NCBI GenBank assembly: GCA_000724175.1
Contig: JPGV01000010.1
Location: 61,199 to 125,198 of the forward strand
Direction: 5' to 3'
Source: [Candidatus Thermochlorobacteriaceae] bacterium GBChlB
GTDB lineage: Bacteria > Bacteroidota > Chlorobiia > Chlorobiales > Thermochlorobacteraceae
Length of the DNA stretch: 64,000 bases
Shown in pieces: positions 8,538 to 18,106 of this stretch. The notes beneath the pieces were generated by a model. That model saw only the letters and a program-made list of their open reading frames with translations. It had not been told where the DNA came from and did not search any database. A program made the translations under genes and the position numbers. Position 1 is the first letter of the stretch. Each line of letters opens with the position of its first letter.

Positions 8538-10430
8538 ATGCCACATCGCGTTTTCTATCAGATTTTCCCCCTGCTTTTAGCGCTGTTCGTCGCCAAGCCG
8601 CTTTTGGGGCAACCTGACGACTCCGCTTATGTGCGCCAGAACTTCACCAAGCGCGAAGTCTATATTCCGATGCGCGACGGCGTAAGGCTCTTTACCTCGC
8701 TTTACGTGCCGAAAGATTCGTCGCAAAAATATCCTGTGATTATGCAACGCACGCCGTATAGTGTTGCGCCCTACGGCGAAAATGCCTATCCAACCACGCT
8801 GCGCCCGACGGAACTCTTGCGCGAAGGATACATTTTTGCGTTTCAAGACGTGCGCGGACGCTGGAACTCCGAAGGCGAGTTTGTCAATGTGCGCCCGAAC
8901 ATCACGGGCAACAACGGTAAGGACATTGATGAATCGAGCGACACTTACGACACGGTTGATTGGCTCGTGAAGAATCTCGCCACGTGCAACGGAAAGGTCG
9001 GTATCTGGGGCATTTCGTATCCGGGCTTTTACGCCGCCGCCTCAATTCCCGACGCGCATCCTGCGCTCAAAGCTGTTTCGCCGCAAGCACCCGTAACCGA
9101 TTGGTGGATTGGCGACGATTTTCATCACAACGGCGCGTTTTTCTTTATGGACGCTTTCTCGTTTATGTATTCCTTTGGTCGTCCGCGCCCGAAACCAACG
9201 ACCGTCGGCAACCCACCGTTCAACTTTCCGACGCCCGACGCCTACAAGTTTTATCTGAATCTCGGTGCGCTCAAAAACGTCAATGAGAACATCTACAAGA
9301 ACGACATCGCGTTTTGGAACGAGATGATGGAACACCCGAACTACGACGACTTCTGGAAGTCGCGCACGCTCTTGCCGCATTTCAAAAACGTCACACCTGC
9401 GGTGATGACCGTCGGCGGTTGGTTCGATGCAGAAGACCTATACGGACCGCTCAAAGTCTATGACGCGATTGAACGGCAAAATCCGACCGCGAAAAATACA
9501 CTCGTGATGGGACCATGGTATCACGGAGGCTGGTCGAGAGGCGACGGCGACCGATTGGGCTACATCAACTTTGGATCGAAGACGGGCGTGTTCTTTCGCG
9601 AAACTCTTGAGAAAGTATTTTTCAATCATCACCTTAAAGGTCAAGGCGACGGCAAACTTCCTGAGGCGGCGCTCTTCGATGTCGGCGCGGCACAGTGGCG
9701 TATGTTCGAGACCTGGCGACCGAAAAATACAGAGGAGCGAAATTTATACTTTCACCCGAATGGCAAACTCTCACTCGAGGCTCCGACAGACGCCAAAGCG
9801 TTTGATGAATATGTCAGCGACCCGAACAAGCCTGTTCCTTATACCAACGAAACGCGCATCGACCGCAGCATCGAGTATATGATTGAAGACCAACGATTTG
9901 CGTCGCGCCGTCCCGACGTGATGACATATCAAACCGACGAGCTAACGGAAGATATTACGCTTGCGGGCGGCATTGTGGCAAATTTGTTCGTCTCGACCAG
10001 CGGCACAGATGCAGACTATATTGTCAAACTCATTGATGTGCTGCCCGATACAGCACGCGACGAATACACCGATAAACCGCTTGGTCGACGTGCGTTCCCA
10101 GCGCCAATACGGCTTGGCGGGTATGAGATGCTCGTGCGTTGGGAAGTGATGCGCGGTCGCTACCGCAAGAGCTACGAAAAACCCGAAGCGATGAAGCCAA
10201 ACAAGACCGAGCAAATTAAACTTGAATTGATGGACGTGGTGCATACCTTCAAAAAAGGACATCGGATTATGATTCAAGTGCAGAACTCGATGTTTCCACT
10301 GATTGACCGTAATCCGCAGAAGTTCGTCGATATTTACAAGGCAAGTGATTCAGATTTTCAAAAAGCCACGCATCGAATTTTTCGAAGTGCCAAAGCGCCG
10401 TCGCATGTGAAAGTGCAGGTGCTGAAGTGA
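8538..10430 (+). CDS. Secreted CocE/NonD-family serine hydrolase (alpha-amino-acid ester hydrolase / glutaryl-7-ACA acylase-like)
   Basis: Signal peptide from ATG 8538; IPMRDGVRL, RTPY, QDVRGR..SEG, nucleophile GISYPG, GGWFDAED, GPWYHG. Confidence 0.9.
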   Translation: MPHRVFYQIFPLLLALFVAKPLLGQPDDSAYVRQNFTKREVYIPMRDGVRLFTSLYVPKDSSQKYPVIMQRTPYSVAPYGENAYPTTLRPTELLREGYIFAFQDVRGRWNSEGEFVNVRPNITGNNGKDIDESSDTYDTVDWLVKNLATCNGKVGIWGISYPGFYAAASIPDAHPALKAVSPQAPVTDWWIGDDFHHNGAFFFMDAFSFMYSFGRPRPKPTTVGNPPFNFPTPDAYKFYLNLGALKNVNENIYKNDIAFWNEMMEHPNYDDFWKSRTLLPHFKNVTPAVMTVGGWFDAEDLYGPLKVYDAIERQNPTAKNTLVMGPWYHGGWSRGDGDRLGYINFGSKTGVFFRETLEKVFFNHHLKGQGDGKLPEAALFDVGAAQWRMFETWRPKNTEERNLYFHPNGKLSLEAPTDAKAFDEYVSDPNKPVPYTNETRIDRSIEYMIEDQRFASRRPDVMTYQTDELTEDITLAGGIVANLFVSTSGTDADYIVKLIDVLPDTARDEYTDKPLGRRAFPAPIRLGGYEMLVRWEVMRGRYRKSYEKPEAMKPNKTEQIKLELMDVVHTFKKGHRIMIQVQNSMFPLIDRNPQKFVDIYKASDSDFQKATHRIFRSAKAPSHVKVQVLK

Positions 10431-10711
10431 AACTCTGCAAAGTTATCGGCACGGTCGTCTCGACGCAAAAGGACGACGAACTTCGTCCCGCAAAATTGCT
10501 GGTTGTGAAACCGATTGAACCGAGCGGCGCGTTCACGAGGGACATCGAGCTTATTGCGATTGATTCGTTGGACGCGGGCGTGGGCGACACAGTGCTGGTG
10601 GCACAAGAGGGCGCAGTTGTCGAGCAAGTGATGAACTCGACCACTGTTCCCGCCAATACGATTATTATGGGCATCGTCGATGCACTCGACGTGGCAGAAA
10701 AAAGTCAATAG
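10427..10711 (+). CDS. EutN/CcmL-family microcompartment vertex (BMC-P) protein
   Basis: MKLCKVIGTVVSTQK..L...KLLVV...AIDSLDAGVGDTVLV...IMGIVD. The GTG start overlaps the upstream TGA. Confidence 0.9.
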   Translation: MKLCKVIGTVVSTQKDDELRPAKLLVVKPIEPSGAFTRDIELIAIDSLDAGVGDTVLVAQEGAVVEQVMNSTTVPANTIIMGIVDALDVAEKSQ

Positions 10712-10749
10712 GTCTCTTTGAGAGATTGAACCCTATCAGTAACTGTAAG

Positions 10750-10775
10750 GAATATCGGTCAAGAATATCGGTCAA
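10750..10775 (+). repeat. 13-bp exact tandem duplication GAATATCGGTCAA x2
   Basis: Seen directly in the spacer just upstream of the ABC transporter. Confidence 0.8.
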
Positions 10776-10791
10776 GTTTAATTAGACAAGC

Positions 10792-12657
10792 ATGGCACAA
10801 GCAGCAGCTCCGTCGGCGGACGAAAAAACCAAAAAAGGATTTCAACTCGATTCCGACACGCCGTCGGGCAAGGCATTTGATTTCATCGTGCTGTCGCGCT
10901 TGCTTAGCTATGTGCGTCCGTATCCCGCGATTCTCGTTGCGGCGACTGCGCTCACCATTGCCGCCGCATTGCTTTCGCCGCTTCGACCGTATATCACCAA
11001 ACTTGCGATTGACAACCCCATCGCCTCGGGCGACCGTGAGGGTTTGGTCGTCATTTGCCTCCTGTTTCTCGGCGCTATTTTGCTGGAAGCCTTGATGCAG
11101 TTCGGCAGCGCATTCCTGACACAGTTGCTTGGACAAAAAGCGGTGCGAGCGCTTCGCGTTGAAATTTTTTCGCACCTGCAACGGCTCTCGCTGAAATTCT
11201 TCGACCGCAATCCGATTGGGCGCTTGATGACGCGCGCAACAAACGATGTCGAGACGCTCAACGACATGCTTTCAAGCGGACTTGTCGCACTGCTTGGCGA
11301 TGTGTTTCAACTTTCGTTCATCATCGTGATGATGTTCTACACCGATTGGCAGCTGACGCTCGTTTCGTTCAGCGTGCTGCCTGTGATGTTCTACGCCACA
11401 TTTGTGTTCAAGGAAAAAGTGCGCGTCTCGTATCAAGATGTGCGCACCGAAGTCGCTCGTCTTAATGCGTTTTTACAGGAACACATTACGGGCATGGTCG
11501 CCGTGCAGCTCTTCGGACGCGAGCAAAAAGAGTTCGATAAGCACTCGACCATCAACGCTGCGCACCGCGAGGCAAACATTCGTTCTGTTTTTTACTATTC
11601 TGTTTTTTATCCCGTCATTGAATTACTTGGCGCGATTGCGTTGGGACTCATCGTTTGGTATAGCAGCGCGCGTGTCTTAGACCAAACGCTCACGCTTGGC
11701 GTCGTCATTTCATTCGTGCAATACATCGCGCTCTTTTTCCGACCGCTTCAAGACCTCTCGGATAAGTTCAACATTATGCAGGCTGCCATTACCAGTGCAG
11801 AGCGCATTTTCAAACTGCTCGACCAGAAGGTTTTTATCACCCCGCCGTCGAAGCCCGTCAGCATTGCGTCCGTGCGCGGCGATATTCGATTCGAGGGCGT
11901 CAGTTTCGCTTACCTTGACGACAACTACGTTTTGCGCGACATCTCGTTTGAGGCGAAAGCAGGGGAAAAAATCGCGCTCGTCGGGGCAACGGGAAGCGGA
12001 AAATCGACCATCATCAGCTTGCTCTCGAAATTCTACGACCTTCAACACGGCAACATCTTCATTGATGATATTAACATTCGCGACATTCCCGAACAGTCGT
12101 TACGCAAGCATCTCGGCGTCGTCTTGCAAGACGTGTTTTTATTTTCTGGCACGGTTCGAGATAACATTACGCTTGGCAATCCCGACATTACCGATGAGCA
12201 AATTCGTGCGGCAGCACGGCTTGTGGGCGCAGCGGAGTTCATTGAGAACCTGCCCAACGGGTATGCGTATCAAGTTCAGGAACGCGGCGCGGCACTCTCG
12301 ACGGGACAGCGCCAGCTCATTTCGTTTGTCCGCGCCATGGTCTACAATCCGAAAATTTTGGTGCTTGACGAAGCCACCAGTTCCGTCGATACGGACACGG
12401 AACAACTCATCGACGCCGCATTGGAAAAATTGATGCACGGCAGAACGTCCATCATCATTGCACACCGCTTATCGACGGTGCAGAAGGCGGATAAAATCAT
12501 TGTGCTGCACAAAGGCGTGATTCGGGAAATGGGGTCGCATCAGGAACTCCTGCGCCAGCGCGGACTGTATTACAAACTCTACCAGTTGCAATATGCCGAG
12601 CATTCGTTTTCTCCTCGTGCAGCAAAGACGTTGCGCGGCGAAATCATCGGCGATTAA
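10792..12657 (+). CDS. ABC exporter, fused permease/ATPase (MdlB/MsbA-like)
   Basis: N-terminal TM domain; GATGSGKS, LSTGQRQ, LVLDEATSSVD, IAHRLST. Confidence 0.93.
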   Translation: MAQAAAPSADEKTKKGFQLDSDTPSGKAFDFIVLSRLLSYVRPYPAILVAATALTIAAALLSPLRPYITKLAIDNPIASGDREGLVVICLLFLGAILLEALMQFGSAFLTQLLGQKAVRALRVEIFSHLQRLSLKFFDRNPIGRLMTRATNDVETLNDMLSSGLVALLGDVFQLSFIIVMMFYTDWQLTLVSFSVLPVMFYATFVFKEKVRVSYQDVRTEVARLNAFLQEHITGMVAVQLFGREQKEFDKHSTINAAHREANIRSVFYYSVFYPVIELLGAIALGLIVWYSSARVLDQTLTLGVVISFVQYIALFFRPLQDLSDKFNIMQAAITSAERIFKLLDQKVFITPPSKPVSIASVRGDIRFEGVSFAYLDDNYVLRDISFEAKAGEKIALVGATGSGKSTIISLLSKFYDLQHGNIFIDDINIRDIPEQSLRKHLGVVLQDVFLFSGTVRDNITLGNPDITDEQIRAAARLVGAAEFIENLPNGYAYQVQERGAALSTGQRQLISFVRAMVYNPKILVLDEATSSVDTDTEQLIDAALEKLMHGRTSIIIAHRLSTVQKADKIIVLHKGVIREMGSHQELLRQRGLYYKLYQLQYAEHSFSPRAAKTLRGEIIGD

Positions 12658-12700
12658 AATCGAACTGCCTTTCCAATGCGACAGCAGATTCATGCCCGTC

Positions 12701-12823
12701 AGGTCATGTATCAACGTTGTGTTGACGGTCAAACACCTTAGCGCGGCTGAATAATTAGATTGCCTCGCTACGCTCGCAATGACGATTCAACGTATGTGAT
12801 GCAATCAAACATGAACATGACCT
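12701..12823. repeat. Degenerate MITE/REP-like element
   Basis: 9-bp terminal inverted repeat AGGTCATGT...ACATGACCT enclosing a REP-like half unit AGATTGCCTCGCTACGCTCGCAATGAC (12757-12783). No clean target duplication. Confidence 0.5.
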
Positions 12824-13044
12824 TCAACTCGGCGGTTGAAAATTTGCATTCGCCACGCCCGTGCTGTATATTTACGCCCCCTTAAAATTAGGCGAAGTGT
12901 CCCGAATGCGGGTGCTTCGCTTCGTTTGTCTTAGCGCGACGCCGTCGCCGAACTCTTTTTTATTTTGTTTTATTAACCAAAACCCGCCGTTTCTGCTCTC
13001 TTGAAACGATTCGCGGAAAACCACAGAGAGAAAAGGACAACCGA

Positions 13045-14826
13045 ATGGCTGAGATGCAAACCGCCGAACCAAAGGCGACCGGGAAAGCAAAGAAACCCAC
13101 AAAAGTCAAATTCTTTGCTGACTATCAAGACGATGAATTGAAGCAGCTTGAGTCGCTGTATTCCAGCACGCTCAACGAACTGACCGAAGGCGAGATTCTT
13201 CGCGGCAGAATTGTGGCAATCTCGCAGAAAGATGTCTCTATCGACGTCGGATTTAAATCCGAAGGCATGGTGCCGCTCATTGAGTTCCGCGACCCCTCTG
13301 AGCTCAAAGTCGGTGAAGAAATCGAGGTCTTTCTCGAAAGCATTGAAGACAAAATGGGTCAACTAATTCTCTCGAAGCGCAAAGCCGACGCGCTGCGCAT
13401 TTGGGAGAAAATTTATGAGTCGCTCGAAACTGGCACGATTATCAACGGTAAAATCACTAACCGTGTTAAGGGCGGCATGACGGTCTCGCTCGGCGGCGTC
13501 GAAGCGTTTCTGCCCGGCTCGCAAATCGATGTGAAACCCGTACGCGACTTCGATGCGCTTGTCGGACAAAACATGGATTTCCGCGTCGTTAAAATCAATC
13601 CGCTCACGCAGAACATCGTCGTCAGCCATAAAGTTATCCTCGAAGCCGAGTACGAAGCCCGTCGCAAAGAAATGCTCTCCAACATCAAGGTCGGCATGGT
13701 TCTCGAAGGCACAGTGAAGAACATCACCGACTTCGGCATCTTTGTCGATTTGGGCGGACTCGATGGCTTGGTTCACATCACCGACATTACTTGGGGCAGA
13801 ATCTCGCATCCCTCGGAAGCGGTCAAGTTGGACGACCCGATTAAAGTCGTCGTCATTGGTTACGACGAAGACAAACAGCGCGTCTCGCTCGGCATGAAAC
13901 AACTCACGCCGCACCCGTGGGAAAACATCGCCGAAAAATTTGCGCCCGGCACAAAGGTTAAAGGCAAGGTCGTCTCGATTACCGACTACGGCGTCTTTGT
14001 CGAAATCGAAAAAGGCATCGAGGGCTTGGTACATATCAGCGAAATGTCTTGGACGCAGCACATCAAGCACCCCAACCAATTCGTCTCAATGGGACAAGAA
14101 GTCGAGTGCGTGATTCTCAACATTGACCGCGACAATACGAAACTCTCGCTCTCGATGAAACAAATTGATGTCGACCCATGGACAAAACTGGCTGAAAAAT
14201 ACGCGCCAGATACAATTCACAAAGGCATTGTGCGCAACCTGACCGACTTCGGGGTTTTCGTTGAGTTAGAACCCGGCGTTGATGGCTTGGTGCATATCTC
14301 CGACCTTTCTTGGACGAAGAAGATTCGCCATCCCGGCGAAATCGTCAAGAAGAATGACGAGTTGGAAGTCAAAGTTTTGAAAGTCGATGCAAAAGCTCGC
14401 CGCATTGCGCTTGGGCATAAGCAAATTACCGACGACCCGTGGAATAACTTTGAAACCGTCTATACCGTCGGCACGGAAAGCAAAGGCAAGATTTCTCAAA
14501 TTATCGAGAAGGGCGTTGTCGTTGAGTTACCGCTCGGCGTTGATGGATTTGTTCCTGCATCGCATTTGCTTCAAGGCGGCGTGCGCGATATTCATGCCTC
14601 GTTCAAAGTCGGCGACGAACTGCCGATGAAGGTCATTGAGTTTGACAAAGAAAATCGCCGCATCATTTTGTCTGCGCTCGAATACTTCAAAGGCAAAAGC
14701 AAGGAAGAAATCGAAGCGTATATGCAGCAGCACCCGAATGAAAAGCAAAAAATTCAGGAGGCCTCTGCTGCGCTCGATGTTCCCGCTGCGCCCGACGCCG
14801 TCGGAGTTACTGAACCAAAAGCATAG
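13045..14826 (+). CDS. rpsA: 30S ribosomal protein S1
   Basis: Repeated S1 domains ([41 protein letters not shown], etc.). Confidence 0.98.
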   Translation: MAEMQTAEPKATGKAKKPTKVKFFADYQDDELKQLESLYSSTLNELTEGEILRGRIVAISQKDVSIDVGFKSEGMVPLIEFRDPSELKVGEEIEVFLESIEDKMGQLILSKRKADALRIWEKIYESLETGTIINGKITNRVKGGMTVSLGGVEAFLPGSQIDVKPVRDFDALVGQNMDFRVVKINPLTQNIVVSHKVILEAEYEARRKEMLSNIKVGMVLEGTVKNITDFGIFVDLGGLDGLVHITDITWGRISHPSEAVKLDDPIKVVVIGYDEDKQRVSLGMKQLTPHPWENIAEKFAPGTKVKGKVVSITDYGVFVEIEKGIEGLVHISEMSWTQHIKHPNQFVSMGQEVECVILNIDRDNTKLSLSMKQIDVDPWTKLAEKYAPDTIHKGIVRNLTDFGVFVELEPGVDGLVHISDLSWTKKIRHPGEIVKKNDELEVKVLKVDAKARRIALGHKQITDDPWNNFETVYTVGTESKGKISQIIEKGVVVELPLGVDGFVPASHLLQGGVRDIHASFKVGDELPMKVIEFDKENRRIILSALEYFKGKSKEEIEAYMQQHPNEKQKIQEASAALDVPAAPDAVGVTEPKA

Positions 14827-14847
14827 ACAAGGTCGGCATCACCGTTC

Positions 14848-14877
14848 AAAAAGCGTCTCGACCTCGAGGCGCTTTTT
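14848..14877. terminator. Bidirectional intrinsic terminator between rpsA and the LOG gene
   Basis: AAAAAGCGTCTCG-acct-CGAGGCGCTTTTT hairpin with A and T tails between convergent genes. Confidence 0.85.
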
Positions 14878-14921
14878 CATTTCGATTAGCACTGTTCAGT
14901 TTGAATTTCCGTAGCCAGTTT

Positions 14922-15470
14922 CTAAACGGCGGCGAACAAGGCGTCAAGGAGTTTTTTCTCGTCGCGCTCGATAATGAGAGAGCTAAGCATCGCGGGTTTG
15001 ACAAACCCTTGATGTGCGCTGAAGTGAAGAAATTGGAGCAGCGCGTCGTAGTAGCGCTCTGTGTTGAGAATCGCGATGGGTTTATCGTGAAAGCCCAATT
15101 GCTTCCATGTTAAAATCTCAAAAAATTCGTCGAACGTGCCTAATCCGCCGGGCAGCACAACGAAGGCGTCGGAGAGCCGTTCCATCATGGCTTTGCGGTC
15201 GTGCATGGTTTTGACGATGTGCAGTTCAATAACGGTATGCAGTGCGAGTTCGCGCTCGGCGAGCGATTCGGGCATGATGCCGATAACTTTACCGCCTGCT
15301 GCTAATGCGGCTTCTGCCATTGCGCCCATTAACCCCACTTTACCGCCGCCGTAAACCAACCCAATGTTGTTTTCCGCCAACAGTCTGCCAAAGTTTTTGG
15401 CAACATCGGCATAGCGCGGATGCGCACCTGTGTTCGACCCGCAATAAAGACAAATGGTATTGAGCGGCAT
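14922..15470 (-). CDS. LOG-family nucleotide monophosphate phosphoribohydrolase (TIGR00730-like)
   Basis: YCGS, VYGGG..GLMG, MHDRK, PGGLGTFDE. Confidence 0.93.
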   Translation of the reverse strand: MPLNTICLYCGSNTGAHPRYADVAKNFGRLLAENNIGLVYGGGKVGLMGAMAEAALAAGGKVIGIMPESLAERELALHTVIELHIVKTMHDRKAMMERLSDAFVVLPGGLGTFDEFFEILTWKQLGFHDKPIAILNTERYYDALLQFLHFSAHQGFVKPAMLSSLIIERDEKKLLDALFAAV

Positions 15471-15505
15471 TGAAAATAGCGTTAGGTTTAAGGAGATAAG
15501 AGGAC

Positions 15506-16603
15506 TTAATCTCGATACTCTTCCATTAAGTTTACAAATTGGGCAAACAAGTAATGTGAATCATGCGGTCCTGGCGAGGCTTCTGGGTGATACTGCACGC
15601 TGAAGACCGGCAGCTTTTTATGCCGCACGCCCTCGACGGTGTGGTCGTATAAGTTCACATGTGTCAGTTCCAAGTGCTTCGGCAGCGAGCGCAAGTCGAC
15701 TGCAAACCCGTGGTTCTGCGCGGTGATTTCAATTTGTCCCGTGCTGAGATTTTTCACGGGGTGATTGCTGCCGTGATGCCCGAACTTGAGTTTATAGGTT
15801 TCTGCGCCGAAAGCAAGCGCCACCAACTGATGTCCCAAGCAAATGCCGAAAATCGGCAGTTCGCGTTTGGCGAATTTTGGGTCAGAGAGTTTCTTAATGG
15901 TGTCGATGGCGTAAGCCAGCGGCTCTGGGTCGCCGGGTCCGTTGGAGAGAAAAACTCCGTCTGGCTTCATTGCTAAGACCTCAGCCGCAGTTGTTTTTGC
16001 AGGAACGACGGTTACATTGCAGCCCGAGTTGACGAGCAATTTCAAAATGTTTCGCTTAATGCCGTAATCAAAGGCGACGACGTTGTAGGTTGCTGTTGGC
16101 GATTCCAATCGATACGGCGCGCTGGCGCTAACGCTGCTGGCAAGGTCGAGTCCGACCATTTGTGGAATGGATTTCGCACGCTCCACGAGGCGCGGTTCGT
16201 CGTCGGAAGCGGAAATCACGCCGCGCAACGCGCCTTTCGTGCGCAGCAGCCGAACCAACTTTCGAGTGTCTATTCCCGAAATGCCTGCAATGTGATGCGC
16301 TTTGAGAAAATCGTCGAGGCTGTGTTCAGCAGCGAAATTGCTGTGAATCTCGGAAAGTTCTTTTACCACGAAACCCGCTGCCCAAATTTTCTGCGACTCG
16401 ACATCGAGCGTATTCGCGCCGTAGTTTCCGATGAGCGGGTAGGTCATGGCGACAATTTGTCCGGTGTAAGACGGGTCGGTCAGGATTTCTTGGTAGCCGG
16501 TGTAGGAAGTGTTGAAAACGACCTCGCCTTCCGCGTCGCCGTTATGACCAAAGAGGACGCCGTCAAAGACGTCGCCGCTCTCCAAAACCAATTTTGCCTT
16601 CAT
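15506..16603 (-). CDS. carA: Carbamoyl-phosphate synthase small subunit
   Basis: [47 protein letters not shown]. Confidence 0.97.
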   Translation of the reverse strand: MKAKLVLESGDVFDGVLFGHNGDAEGEVVFNTSYTGYQEILTDPSYTGQIVAMTYPLIGNYGANTLDVESQKIWAAGFVVKELSEIHSNFAAEHSLDDFLKAHHIAGISGIDTRKLVRLLRTKGALRGVISASDDEPRLVERAKSIPQMVGLDLASSVSASAPYRLESPTATYNVVAFDYGIKRNILKLLVNSGCNVTVVPAKTTAAEVLAMKPDGVFLSNGPGDPEPLAYAIDTIKKLSDPKFAKRELPIFGICLGHQLVALAFGAETYKLKFGHHGSNHPVKNLSTGQIEITAQNHGFAVDLRSLPKHLELTHVNLYDHTVEGVRHKKLPVFSVQYHPEASPGPHDSHYLFAQFVNLMEEYRD

Positions 16604-16716
16604 TTGTGTGCCGTGTCGGACAGAGTTTCAGTAGTCTTCTCTCGATTGCGGCGCGCACCGTGGGCAAGCCTCGTCAGTCGAGAGAAGCCTAATATAAAAC
16701 TTTATTGCCGCACGTG

Positions 16717-18048
16717 TTACACTGCGTCCGACAAGCTCGTAAAAGTAAAGTCGCGCACGCGAATCGGCGGAATAAGATTATTGCCGATGCGTTCTGGGTT
16801 GCCGAGCGCCTCCAAGTTGTTGAGCATAATTATCGGGCTTTCGTTGAATCGAAAGTTCTTGACTGGATGTTTGATTTTGCCGTTCTCGATAAAGAACGTG
16901 CCGTCGCGCGTCAGCCCTGTGTAAAGCAAGGTTTGCGGGTCGACGGGACGAATATACCAGAGGCGCGTTACTAAAATACCGCGTTTGGTATCTTTGATGA
17001 GGTCGTCGAGCGACGCATCGCCGCCTTGCATCACGACGCCACCGGGCGGCGGAATCGCTTTCTTGCCTTGTTTTTCCGCCCAGTAGCGCGAGTAAAAGAG
17101 GTTCTTTACGACGCCTTTTTCGACGAGCATCATTTTTTCGCGCGCGCGTCCATCGCCGACAAACGGCGACGACGGAATTTCGGGATGTTGCGGGTCGGCG
17201 TAAATGTTCACGCGCTCATCGACGATTTGCTCGCCGATTTTATTGCCACCGCCTTTTTTAGCAAAGAAACTTCTGCCTTCGTCGGCTTGGCGTGCGTCCA
17301 TTGCAAAGATCATCGCGCCCAAAAGACTTGCGTCGACCGTGCTGAGCAGTGCGGCCGGCTCGAGAATCACGGTGTATTTGCCCGGCTCAATAGCTTTGGC
17401 GTCGCGCGATTGCAAGGCTTTATCAATCGCCACTTGCGAGGCTTTCGCGGAATCGAACTTGCTCACATCGCTGTAGGAACGCACGGCGTAGCCGGAGCCG
17501 GTGCCGTCTTCGGTGCGCATCGTTACAGAGAACTCCATCGTTGTCGATTTGTAGTAGGCGTAGAGTCCTTTTTTGTTCATCAGCGCCTGAAAGCCCGTCG
17601 TATCGTTGAAGAATCCAGCAGCGACAACTTTTTTGGCGGCGGCGGGCACGATGCTGTCTTCGGCGACTTTGGCTCGGAAGTCTGGCGCAATTTTTTCTGT
17701 CGATTCAAATGCGCCTTTGACATCCAAATAGGTTTGCGGTTCAAGCGACGGCATGGTCTCGGGATTATCGGGCGCCAGTTGTGCCAGTTCTTCGGAACGA
17801 CGCACGCATTTTTCGATCGACGCTTCATCGAACTCGTTGATGCTCGCCGAACCCACTTTTTTGCCGAAGCGCGACTGCACAGCAAGCGTCAAGGTATCCT
17901 GCAAGCCGCTTGTGGACACGCTGTTTCGCGCGTAGCGAATATTGCCTTCTAAGCCGCCATTGAGCGTGGCATCGATATCGTCCGCTTTTGAGAAGGCAAT
18001 CACTTTTTTCAGGATTGCTTCCGCGTCGCTTTTTGAAAGTAGTGCCAT
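16717..18048 (-). CDS. TldE/PmbA-family protein (non-catalytic partner, no signal peptide)
   Basis: IEPGKYTVILEP, TGLTRDGTFFIENGKI..PVKNFRFNESP; lacks HExxxH. Confidence 0.85.
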   Translation of the reverse strand: MALLSKSDAEAILKKVIAFSKADDIDATLNGGLEGNIRYARNSVSTSGLQDTLTLAVQSRFGKKVGSASINEFDEASIEKCVRRSEELAQLAPDNPETMPSLEPQTYLDVKGAFESTEKIAPDFRAKVAEDSIVPAAAKKVVAAGFFNDTTGFQALMNKKGLYAYYKSTTMEFSVTMRTEDGTGSGYAVRSYSDVSKFDSAKASQVAIDKALQSRDAKAIEPGKYTVILEPAALLSTVDASLLGAMIFAMDARQADEGRSFFAKKGGGNKIGEQIVDERVNIYADPQHPEIPSSPFVGDGRAREKMMLVEKGVVKNLFYSRYWAEKQGKKAIPPPGGVVMQGGDASLDDLIKDTKRGILVTRLWYIRPVDPQTLLYTGLTRDGTFFIENGKIKHPVKNFRFNESPIIMLNNLEALGNPERIGNNLIPPIRVRDFTFTSLSDAV

Positions 18049-18106
18049 TAGTGCAACTGATTTAGAGTTAATTAGAATGAAGTATGCTGCAACGTTCGTT
18101 GTGTCA

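Noticed and set aside
13001..13011. TTGAAACGATT in the rpsA leader resembling the LacI operator
   Set aside because: Only a partial match in an unrelated housekeeping leader; probably chance.
17026..17952. 308-aa plus-strand ORF
   Set aside because: Antisense to tldE with no recognisable motifs.
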